From: Nemertoderma westbladi
Taxonomy: Eukaryota > Animalia > Xenacoelomorpha
DNA length: 48,519 nt
NCBI GenBank assembly: GCA_032718475.1
Contig: JAUCBJ010008923.1
Location: 1 to 48,519 of the forward strand
Direction of reading: 5' to 3'
The first letter of the stretch is position 1; every line of letters begins with the position of its first letter. The translations under genes and the position numbers were made by a program. The notes beneath the pieces are model-generated. The model made no database searches, had not been told where the DNA came from, and saw nothing but the letters and a program-made list of their open reading frames with translations. This document shows, piece after piece, positions 12,342 to 23,329 of this stretch.

Positions 12342-15300
12342 CGAGAGTATCCAGATAAAGCGGCTAGATGCGACGCGCTTTACAAGGAGCGTGCGCCGCG
12401 CGAGATTCATACTTTCTACGTGGATTGTATGGATCAATCGGGATCATCGGACGAGGACGAGGAGGAAGACGACACATTTTATGTGCATGCGGGTGAGGAA
12501 CAGCCATCGATAACGCTCCTCACACAGAACCAATTGAAAGGGTTTAGCGTGATTTCTATAAAGATTACCGGAACCCGAGGGAGCAAGCGTATATACGCTA
12601 TCTTAGACTCTGCGTCATCGCATAGTTATGTTGACGAACAAGTAGCCGACGTAGTTACGGACATGAGTCAAGGTAAGACTGCTCAGTATACTGTAAGCAG
12701 CATGCATGGTAAGAGAGTGATTCCTGTGACTAGAGTAAAACTAACCTTAGACACTCTTCTTTCCAAAGCGGAACACAGCAAGGACGAGCACTCATTACTT
12801 CCGGTAATAAATTTGACCTTTGCAGCTACGAAGGACTTTAGTAACTTGCTTGGCCCTGTGCCAGAGCAATCACCGGAAGATCGTAAGTATTTCCGACACC
12901 TTGGAATACCGGAATGTCCTGTCAATTATCGTTCAATTGCGATGTTAATTGGGACAGACCAGTTTAACTTACATCAGGTATGGGAGACACGCCCATCTGT
13001 TATTACAGCGGGCAACCCCTAAGCATGTAGAACTCCCATAGGTTGGTATACTAGAGCACCAATACGTTCACTAAAGGTAAGTGACCAGGAGGACGACGTT
13101 TTGAGTACGTGTAGTTTATTGACTAACACGATTGATAATTCTCCTTCACACTCCTGTGGTCCAATTGTACAGACGGCATTATGACAGACTTGCGTCGCTA
13201 ACGCAGACACCACCGATACTGACGTAACTGATCTGGACACGACCACACGGACCTCTATCTTACAACTACTTGCAGTAAACCAGGTTGTATTGACTACTGA
13301 AGACCAAAGGGTTGTTGCTGTGGATGACTCGATGCACGAGGGTTTTGGAAGGCTTGCGAGCCTACCGTAAAATCCGAAGGTCATTGACCCCACCCATCAG
13401 GCTTCGACACCGGTCGTTGATATTGGAAGGCTTGCGAGCCTACCGACAGATCAAGAGGTTGTCAAACCGCCGCACGACGATTCGACGCCGACTAGTGACA
13501 CTGGAAGGCTTGCGAGCCTACCAGACATATTGACACTAGCCACCGCAGTGGACGAAGACGTGGACGAGGACCATGGCGCAGTGCAAGCAGCGCTTGACTG
13601 ACTGCTGACTGAACGGACCATCAATGGTTGGACCGCTATGTCAGGACAGGAAAAACGGTCATTAAATATTATGAGAGATACCATTCACCAGACCGCGAAT
13701 GGCCACTACGAGGTTGGCATGTTGTGGCGCAATGGACAACCTAAGCTAGTTAACAATTACCCGCTTGCTTTGAGGCGACTCAAATCAATAAGGCAGCGAT
13801 TGTTGCGAGACGAGACGGCCCATATGCAATACAATGCACAACTTCAGACGTATCTCCAAAAGGGATACGCCATTAGGATGTTAAATCCCGAGGTAACCAC
13901 AGATTAGACATATTACCTGCCACATCATTTTGTTCGACACCCGGACAAACCTGGCAAGGTGCGTGTAGTCAACGACTGTGCCACGCTTTACCAAGGAATG
14001 TCTATGAACAGCGAACTGATGGACGGGCCGAATATTAATAACTACCTCATGGGAGTCCTAATGCGTTTTAGACAACGCAAAGTGGCTTTCACCTGTGACG
14101 TAGAGGCCATGTTTCACCAGGTTAAGGCTTTGGAGCGGGACAGGGACAGCTTGAGGTTTCTTTGGTATCTGGACGGAAATTTAGAACTTCCGCCAGAAAC
14201 TTACCAAATGCAGGTAAGAGTTTTCGGAGCCAGGGACAGCCCCAACTGCACCATGTACGCCTTAAAGCAGACCGCATTAGACAGACAAGACCAATTTGAC
14301 CCAGAAGTAGTTCGGACTGTGGAACGAGATTTCTACATGGATGATGGCCTCAAGAGTTGTGACGCCTTGGAGCGCGCTACAACTGTAGCCCACCAACTCC
14401 AGGATTGTCTCGCTGAGGGCGGATTTCACCTGACGAAGTTTGCTTCTAACGAACCCGAACTGGGGAACTCATTTGACCCGATGGATCGTAGTGGAGGTGA
14501 CCTAGACTTAGACCTAGAACCTCTACCGACGACCAAAGTATTAGGACTTAGTTGGGACCCTAACACCGACAATTTTAGGGTACGTGTAAGGTCCAACGAC
14601 CAGATTAGACATCTCACTAAGAGGACTTGCTTATCGACCATGAGTCGATTGTATGACCCATTGTGTTTCATTAGTCCAGTGATCCTACATGCTAGGATCA
14701 TACTCTGCAGCATTTGGCAAGCCGGTCTGGAATGGGACGATCCCATCCCAGAAAAGTTAGCTGAGCAATGGAAGGACTGAGAAGCCCAACTGACGTTCCT
14801 ACAAGACTATACCATACCAAGGGTATACTTTCCTTTGCAGACCACCTTTCCTGCCGATTTAGAGCTTCACAGCTTTAGTGACGCTAGCAAGGATGGATTG
14901 GGGGTTACATTATACCTTAGACGACAAGTGACATCGGACAGCTACGATGTATCTCTCGTTACTTCTAGGGCTAGAACAATGCCGTTGAAGTATATGACTG
15001 TACCTCGTGGAGAACTGCAAGCCGGGACGATATCCACCGATATTGTCAGTCTAGTTCAACGCGAGCTGTAGGCTAACTTGAAGGTCACATATTGGACGGA
15101 TGCGACGTTGGTACTTTGGTACATAAACAACGAAGCGTTTGAGTTCAAGACTTTCGTAGCCAACAGATGGGCTGAAATCTTGCTCAAACAAGATTGGCGT
15201 CACTGTCCAGGGAAGCTGAACCCAGCTGACATCGCGTCACGGGGAATACAACCGCTTGACTTTTGTAAACCGGACAATAAATCCTTTTGGTTTAGAGGAT

Positions 15301-17755
15301 CCGATTTCCTACAGCGACCATCAGACAAAGGCCACTGTTATTCGACGTGACAACCAATACCATACCAGAGGGTGCCGAGATAAAAATCGACAAGGTTGTC
15401 AAATCAAAAGCGAAAGCCAACGCCAAGGTCAAGAGGAAACAAGGACGGACGAAATCTGATGACCTGGACGCTAGACCTGACATTACGCCAGACGTCTCAC
15501 CAGAATCTCGACCAGACGCTTGTACGAATCTTTCACCGGATGTTCCGCGGGAGATTTCACCAGACGTTTCTCCTGATTGTTCACCAGATTACTCGCCAGA
15601 TTCACCAGAAGCGACACCAGATTGTTCTCCGGATTGTTTGCCAGATTGTTTTATGGAACTCTCGACAGATTGTCTACTGGACGTCTCACCAGACTTTCCA
15701 CCAGACATCTCGACAGACTGTCCACCAGATTTTAGACCAGACTTTAGACCAGACTTTCTGACAGAAATTACGCTAGACACCTTTTGGGACCGACGACAGG
15801 ACATTTCGCCGGATGTTCCGCGCTATGTCTCACTAGACGTCTCACCAGACTGTTCACCAGACGTTTCACCAGACTGTCTACTAGACACTCCATTAGAAGA
15901 CCCATTGGAGCGGACTTTTAGAAATTTACCAAATTTGACTTCTTTGGACGACAAAGGTGTGGCCACAGCGATCACACTTCGCTCAAAGAAAGTACTTGAC
16001 TTACCACATACAGGTAAATGTTTGACTAAGGTTAGGAAAATTACAGGCTCACAGGAACACACTAACACTGTAGAGTTGACACCGTTACTGCCAGTCGACT
16101 CACTAGGAGCAGACGGTAAAGGTAAGACCGTGGAGATTGACATACTTGGGGACTCAGACAACCCTACCGGAAGGCCCGTGGGCCTACCAAGTCCAGACAA
16201 GTATCCACACTACGACTATACCTTACCTGATGACGTCACTAACACTTACGTTGACCGGATAGTAAACCTAACTAGATCATGGACTGACGCGTGCCGCAAG
16301 TTAGCATGGCTCAAACGTTTGAGACAATATGCCAGAGGCAAACGCGACTTTCCTAGAAGACTTACCTTAGAGGAAGTTGACCATTGTGAAGTTGATATCA
16401 TTCTCCATTATCAATTGCGATATTTCGCACGAGAATTCACAGCGATCAAACAAGGTAAACAGATCAAGTCTTCACCGATTTTGAGTTGGAGTCCGATTAT
16501 TTATCGGGGCTTACTTTGTCACAAGTCCAGACTCCAGAACATCAACTTTGCACTTGACTTCAGGTATCCTATCATCATACCGCAACACCATGAGTTACAG
16601 CGCGCTATGATACTGGACGCACATGTACAACTCAAACACGTGGGTAGACATCACTGTTTGTCACATTTACGATCGAGGTTTGTACTGATTAGGCCTAGCA
16701 AGGCACTGAGTTTGGTAACACGGAACTGTATGATTTGTAAGAAGGTGCATGCGAGGATAGGACACCAAGAAATGAGTGAACTACCACTAGCAAGATTACA
16801 GGCATTTAGACCCCCTTTCACTGAGACAGGGATAGACTGTTTTGGACCTATAATCGCGAAACGCGGAAGGGTACAGGTAAAACGTTGGGGATTGATCTTC
16901 ACTTGCATGGCCTGCAGAGCTGTCCATATAGAGCGTGTGACAGATTTGACCACCAATGCCTTTATCCTAGCCTTACGGCAATTTATCGCTAGACGTGGAT
17001 TGGTCAAATCCATTTATTGCGACCAAGGGACAAACTTTGTGGGTGCACGGAACGAAATAACCAGAGCTTTAAAGAAATTGGACCAAAACCAGATTTCCGA
17101 GGAACTACGTCCTCACCGTATTGTTTGTAATTTTAATACTCCAGACAGTCCGTGGAGAGGCGGAGTTTGGGAAAGGCTGATTGGCTCAATCAAGACAGCC
17201 ATGGCAAAAGTAATCCCAACGCAACACATATTGACAGACGACCAACTGTCGACGTTACTAATAGAAATCGAAGCGACTTTGAACACTAGACCAATCGCTT
17301 TGAACCCAGACAATAACGACGTACAGTTTGCCTTGACACCAGCGCACCTGCTTATGCAGGCGCCAATGACATTGTTGCCCATTTCGGTACCCGTTAATAG
17401 CGACGGATACGGCAACAAGGCTTGGAAAATCACTCAACTATTAGCAAATAAATTCTGGGAAATATGGCAGAAATATTATTTGCCCTCTATTTCATCCAGA
17501 ACAAATTGGTATCATAATACCCGATGTTTGAGACGTGGTGACCACGTTTTATTGGCTGAAGACAATCTGAAAAGACGGTTTTGGCTGACCGGAGTCATTT
17601 TGACCACACACCCTACATCTGGTGTAATAAGGACAGTTACTGTACGGACTATCGACGGACGTACCGTAGATAGGCCTGTACAACGTCTCGTACTCCTAGA
17701 GGAGACTAGAAACGAGACAGGAGACTACAAATCTCCACCCAATATTAGTAAATAA
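12342..17755 (+). pseudogene. pol: BEL/Pao Pol region: aspartic protease, RT, RNase H, integrase, DUF5641-like C-terminus, disrupted
   Basis: AILDSAS protease; YLPHH, DVEAMFHQV, FYMDD (RT); FSDAS, PRGEL, WTDA, NPADIASRG (RNase H); HHCC, GIDCFGP, DQGT, GVWE (integrase); FWEIWQKYYL. Same frame as late Gag until a frameshift near 15340; several stops. Confidence 0.95.
15475..15885 (+). repeat. In-frame 12-bp minisatellite encoding (S/R)PD(C/V/F) repeats between RNase H and integrase
   Basis: Degenerate TCACCAGACTGT units; protein PDVSPDCSPDYSPD... Confidence 0.85.
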
Positions 17756-18477
17756 GATGTGGTACCCTTGATGGCCACCACATAGACTTACCATATTTTA
17801 GTCATTTTGTATTACTGTATGTGCATTTGTAATCCTCTTCACTGTAGATAGAGACAGCGGTGGAATTCCATGTCTTTATATGTGAACATGGAGGGTAGTA
17901 CCCTTATGTATCACATAGGAGCGGGATTGTGTGTGTACAGTAGGAATGGAATTCTACTTAGAACCCACAATTGAGACAATTTTTCAAAAATTATTAGACA
18001 AATCCATTCAGTTGGATTTAAATTTAAGAAAAATGATTCTCCAGTGAATACGAATTCTAGAATACAGCTAGATAAAAATTAAAATTGGGGAGGACAAGAG
18101 CGGATGGAAGGCTTGCAAGCCTACCGATAAATTTTTTTTGGAAAACAAAATCGGCCTTGTTCTACGTAGTCGTGTCTACTATTATTTAGACCAAATTAAT
18201 TCTCGACTGCATTATTTTCTTAGGAATGTAGTTTGGGAAATTAAAAGGTGAGTATTTTAGACTCGCGGCTAGTTTACCCGGAATTCGTTTTTTATCGGCA
18301 CAATTTTTTGGATTAGGAGCCAGTGCGAAATCACACAAACCCGAAGTCATTAGGCAAATGGGTTGGGGTTTTAGAGCAAAGTTGAGCCAAAAGCTGACAA
18401 ACTCTAAGTCACCTCACATCTAACCTCTATTTTGTGCTTCATCTAGTAGCAACGTAACGATATGTAACCATATATAT

Positions 18478-19167
18478 GTGTATACGATGGCGGAGAAGAT
18501 GAATAAGGAGTTACGTCAAGAGTTTACGCAGGAACAAGAGGCGCCATTCAATCGTTATGGAGCTAAAAACTTTAGTGTGTTTGGAGTGGAGAGTATGGCC
18601 AGAAGTACGGCCAAGCTCGCTAAATCCAAGGCGGACCCGAATGTTACGCGACAGCGGTTGGACGTGTATAACAAAAGAACGGAGGAGATACGCGCAGAGT
18701 TTAATGCGTTATATCCCTACGATGCATTATGCGATGCTAGTGACATTTGCGAGGATCCAGACACCGAGATGCGCCGATTGTATCATACGCTGCAATACTT
18801 GACGGTAGATGAACCCTTACCTGCAGCCAGGGATGAATTCGAAGGAATGTATCTTTATAGACACGCTCGTGGAGTGGATCCAGAGACAAAGGACGCGTTT
18901 TCCATATACATACTGTTTTACAAATGTGGAGCATGTATGCGTGAGCAAGATAACGCGATTCCTATGAGATTGAACTCGGAGAACCCCGAGCCAATATTAG
19001 CGCGATGCTCATACCACCAAAGTCTGCGTTACCAAGAAGGCGGATACCCTTTGACGAATCCGTACCATTTGTTTAAAATGAGTGGACCGAACGCGGGTGA
19101 GATCGTTATTAACGAACCCAGATTAGTCGAAACCAGACGTCTACAGCATGGTAGTGGACGAGTCTAA
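18478..19167 (+). CDS. BEL 3' accessory ORF A, unknown function (CxxC...CxxH possible Zn site)
   Basis: 229-aa open frame downstream of integrase; YKCGAC...RCSYH; overlaps the next ORF. Confidence 0.6.
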   Translation: MYTMAEKMNKELRQEFTQEQEAPFNRYGAKNFSVFGVESMARSTAKLAKSKADPNVTRQRLDVYNKRTEEIRAEFNALYPYDALCDASDICEDPDTEMRRLYHTLQYLTVDEPLPAARDEFEGMYLYRHARGVDPETKDAFSIYILFYKCGACMREQDNAIPMRLNSENPEPILARCSYHQSLRYQEGGYPLTNPYHLFKMSGPNAGEIVINEPRLVETRRLQHGSGRV

Positions 19168-20710
19168 TAAGTCGACACGAGAGAAACGGGAAGCTCTGAG
19201 CCTCTACAGGGCGTACAAGGCGTACGAGAAAGGCGAGATCGAGGAGTTTGGCGGAAGGCTCGCGAGCCTACCATTCTATTGGATATCCCACGATCAAACC
19301 AAACCTAAGGAGATGACACCCGAGCTCCTCGATAGTATCACCTTTGCTCAGCGTTTGTTGCAGAGACTACAGATACCTCATGTCGAGATGACGCGAGAAC
19401 CTCAGCCCCATTCTGCTGGAGCGATAGTACCGGTTGCGAGACCAACTAACTTTCCTATTAGTATACCGACCCGGAAGGAGACAACTTACGAGATTCCTAT
19501 AGTTGAACACCCGGAGATCATTTCGAACCTGGATTTCCTCCCATCGGTTACCTTCGGTGATGTGTTAGAGTCAGCCGAGTTACGTAAAACAATAGTTCAA
19601 AAAATCGTACGCAACGTGCCTCCACACATTACGGACTTTAAGGAAGTGGATCGAGTGGGGACGGATATCGCACCTTGCATCTTACGAGGATATCTGACTA
19701 GAACGATTCGATTATGGATCGGAGTTGGAACGTTTGAGACCGACACCAATATCGCGACCAATTGGACTGGTAAACCTATTAGTTTTGATGATGAAAAGTC
19801 AATTGGGAGAATTTGGAACCCTACCGACGATTTACTCGACGATTGGGATGTGACTAGCCGATCTCTAAAGGAGAATTGTTATATGTTTTACGACAATGAA
19901 GGAGGAAGCCATGAGCAAAGCCTCACTTCGAAAACTATACAGATTAGAGCACCAGACGGCGTGTTACATGTCTTCAGCCGACATAGGAGTGATAGAAAGA
20001 TGCCTATGCCGGAAGGAACGACGCAAAGACACGCGATGATAAAACGGATAGTTAAATCCATGGACCTGGCTTGTAGCATAGAAGCTAGGATGTTGCCAAA
20101 GGCCGTGCGAGACGTTGTGTTAGACAAGAGCATCGTCAAGATCGGATCCGGTGTACGGGATGACCTTATTAGCGATTTTGCGGGAATTGTCACGGAAGAG
20201 GATCAATTGCCTACGCCATACGTGGATACTAGACCATTGTTGCTTTGAGCTATTGAGCAAGGATATTTTAGGGAGTATAACACGCTAAAAACTGGGATGG
20301 GTTATATCTCATATCTAATGTTTAGTTGGGATTATAAGGAGAGTAAGAGGAGCAAGTACACGGACGTATACGGAGAGGGAGATACCCCCGGCGTAAACGA
20401 GTTCGAGTCACAGTTGAAGTGGCGAGGTTGCGTGTATTGGGCGATTAATTCACCTCCACGAATAATCTTGCAATACTATTTAGCGATAGAATCTTCGGTC
20501 AACGTTTGTTTCATCGCCGACGTAGTATCTAGAACCCTAAAGCGACATCCGTTATGTCTCGGTGAAGAACACACCTTTTACGATGGAGGAAGGACGCATA
20601 CTGATGTATTCCGACGATTTCTCCAACCCTTTTATAACACCGATGCGCACTGCAAAGTTTTCACGCGAGCGTTTTCAGGGACGTCTATCTCACTCACGCG
20701 GGAATCCTAG
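19148..20710 (+). pseudogene. BEL 3' accessory ORF B: WRN/EXD-like DEDDy 3'-5' exonuclease (one in-frame TGA at 20246)
   Basis: ExoI MFYDNEG...TIQI; ExoII LPKAVRDVVLDKSIVKIGSGVRDD; YVDTRPL...KTGMGYIS; ExoIII-like W...QYYLAIE. ORFs 19148 and 20297 are in the same frame. Confidence 0.75.
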
Positions 20711-20724
20711 TCGACAGACCATCG

Positions 20725-21441
20725 ATGTTAACGTTAGTACCGTATGACGGGGAACGCCACGCGGAATTCAAAGGCCCGGAAGGATCCTGGAAGGCTCGCG
20801 AGCCTACCGCCCATCACTACGATGTGGATCCGGCCGAGTTTGCGATGATAGACGAACCGTTGCAGCAACTCATAGAGATAGAGGAGAACCTTCCGAGGAA
20901 GACGCGAACTGAGATACGCGAGTTGGAGAAAAGCGATGCCATGGTTTGTGTACAACCTACGGAGACGAACATACCGACTGACCCGGATGATGAGAATTAT
21001 CACGTGGACGGTAGCGCTCGCCCCATCGGAGATCTCATCTATGAGCGAGTTTGGTACCCTGCCAACACTATTTGTGGCAGATGCGGGGCAACTGGCCACC
21101 ACGCAAAGAAATGCGGAGCGAAGCACATATCTCTACTGGACTTGGTATGTAACTGGTGCGGGGATCAACGTTCACACACTTTCTACACTTGCTGGCGTTT
21201 TGTGGCGCAGTGCACGTATTGTAATATTAAGGGCCATAGGGCATCCGAATGTCAACTTAAAGACGTCCTCTATGAGCACATGTCAGTTAAAATCGTTCGA
21301 CAGCTATTGGGAGGATCTAGCAGACGAGCATGTATCTACGCAGCGACGCCGTTTCCCTATGAGAGCACATTTGGGATTTTGGGCCGTAAACCCTCTCATA
21401 ATGTCGAAGGAAGGATACGTATCGGCTATGCCTCAGTATGA
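20725..21441 (+). CDS. BEL 3' accessory ORF C: triple CCHC zinc-knuckle protein
   Basis: CGRCGATGHHAKKC, CNWCGDQRSHTFYTC, CTYCNIKGHRASEC at 21073-21252. Confidence 0.8.
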   Translation: MLTLVPYDGERHAEFKGPEGSWKAREPTAHHYDVDPAEFAMIDEPLQQLIEIEENLPRKTRTEIRELEKSDAMVCVQPTETNIPTDPDDENYHVDGSARPIGDLIYERVWYPANTICGRCGATGHHAKKCGAKHISLLDLVCNWCGDQRSHTFYTCWRFVAQCTYCNIKGHRASECQLKDVLYEHMSVKIVRQLLGGSSRRACIYAATPFPYESTFGILGRKPSHNVEGRIRIGYASV

Positions 21442-22220
21442 TGAATTGTTGGAGGTGCTGGATATATTGCCTTTGGATAGCGGATTTATGGTTGTGCGGG
21501 ACTACTTTCTACAGGTACACCCCGACAACAAGAATACTTGGAACTTTCAAACTGTTGTGAACAAGATTACCGCCGGGGAATTCGACAAATTGCGAGTTGA
21601 ACAGCGCAATCGAGGAGCCTGGCATTCGATAGCTTGGGCATACCGGAGCGCATTTTATCACAAACGTGTAACCTCGTATATTCTAGACGAGACTGACGTT
21701 TTGTGTGAGACTGGCTTCAAGGCCACACCGTTAGCAGAAAGGACGCGTCACCCACAGGATGATTAGCAATTTCGTATACTCAAAGCCCAACAGGCCGGAC
21801 AAGAGATAAAGAAGGTAGTAAATGTTGCCGAGAGGATGACATCAAAGTCGCAAATCCGGATGACTCGGGGCACAGTTTCCCTTGCCAGAGAACCACGCGG
21901 AGGGACAGGATACGCTTTGCCGGAACCCTTTAGGATTCAAACAACGTCAGAGAGCGAGGTGTCAGCGGACGGAATAGTCCCACCATTTTGACTTCCTCCC
22001 AGCATTGTAGAGACTCGATCCGATGTTAAGTCGACGATTGGAATCGGACGAGGATTTAGAGGATTGAGCGCACGACGGATGTGCGAAACTCCCGTCGTCC
22101 CATTTCCTAGCGTTTTGGAACCACCGACAACTCGACGCCGAAGTCCAAGCCCAGTTCGACCTCGACCACCACCCAATCGCACTAGAGGATGTGGACGAGC
22201 CCGCTCATCGAAGGAATAGA
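21428..22220 (+). pseudogene. BEL 3' accessory ORF D (or frameshifted continuation of C), with Pro/Arg-rich tail
   Basis: MPQYDELLEVLD... frame reads on past stops at 21764 and ~21989 with coding-like composition. Confidence 0.4.
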
Positions 22221-22253
22221 AGCGAGAGGAAGGAAGGCTTGCGAGCCTACCGA

Positions 22254-22352
22254 TTTGGATATTTATATTCGGATATTTTATTTGGATATTATATTGGATA
22301 TTTATATTCGGATATTTTTATTTGGATATTATATTTGGATATTTATATTGGA
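22254..22352. repeat. TTGGATATTTATATT-type tandem repeat in the 3' UTR
   Basis: About seven GGATATT-cored units between two copies of the 20-nt hairpin motif. Confidence 0.8.
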
Positions 22353-22861
22353 CATTACGTTTGGACGTTGGGTTTGGAGGAGCGAGATAGAGAAGGAAGG
22401 CTTGCGAGCCTACCGTTAGCGATTAGTGCTCAGGAGAAGATATCCAGACCAGCAGGACGAACTTTTAAGATCGTCAGGAGGACACTTTAAGACTCATTTA
22501 AAGTTATTAGCGCCTTATGTTTATTTTATATTTGAACTGATTTAATTTGGTGGAAGTTTATTATGTATATTTACAATATAAAGATTTATTGCAAGAGATT
22601 GAAATTATTTGTTTGATTTGTTCTAATTTGTTTGATCTAATTTGTTTAATTTGCTTACCTTGATAACCGAAAGCCCATTTTGTATTTTATGCACTAAAGT
22701 TAATTAGTAAATTTGTATTTTGTATGTACGATGGATTGTATTTACGCCGTACCTGCGTACCTGCAATATTAAGTATGCAATAATTAGATAGTGATTATTT
22801 TATATTTTAGGCCCTACCAGTAGATTTAGAAATATTTGTAAATAGTTCGTATTTCGATTGG

Positions 22862-22896
22862 TGAAAACAGTCTTACTTACTGTTTTCATGGAGCGG
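22862..22896 (+). promoter_or_regulatory. Stem-loop plus short purine-rich PPT-like tract before the 3' LTR
   Basis: TGAAAACAGT-7nt-ACTGTTTTCA perfect 10-bp stem, then TGGAGCGG abutting TGAT. Confidence 0.55.
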
Positions 22897-23022
22897 TGAT
22901 GAATTATTTCACTATAAGATAGCATTTGTAGTGTAACTTTAATGTAAAAACTTTCGAAAATCCGACGCATTTTGATTAAGTTACAGTAATGTAATATTGC
23001 CTATTCATATTTGTACACATAA

Positions 23023-23329
23023 AGTAAAGTAAAGTAAAGTAAAGTAAAAGTAAATTTTCTTCGGCCGCTAGGCCAGGGATTATGCACAAAGTCTGACGAC
23101 TTATTTCCAGTGCGGTCCCCCCAGAACTTTACTCCCCAGAGGAAACTCCAGTACTCATTTAGCTACCACTTAAGGATGCAAGGCAGAGATGCGCCCTGGC
23201 TGGTCCCTTTAAAGCATTCGTGCCGAAACGAAAACTGCCCTGGCCCATGTGAGGATCGAACCCACGACCTATGGGAGATGTGAATTCAATGCGACCACTA
23301 CACCAAGGTGGAACCTTAGTTACGCTCCC
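23023..23329 (-). mobile_element. tRNA-derived SINE with (TTTAC)n tail
   Basis: Absent from the other two LTRs; minus strand has A box TGGTGTAGTGG and B box GGTTCGATCC; (AAAGT)n on plus strand at 23021-23054; TAA duplicated at the flanks. Confidence 0.85.

Noticed and set aside
13347-13522. CRISPR mini-array (palindromic repeat + 58-nt spacers)
   Set aside because: Spacers are related to each other, lie in-frame in pol, and no cas genes are present.
18478-22220. env gene
   Set aside because: No evident signal peptide, transmembrane helix or glycoprotein pattern; motifs indicate a nuclease and zinc knuckles.
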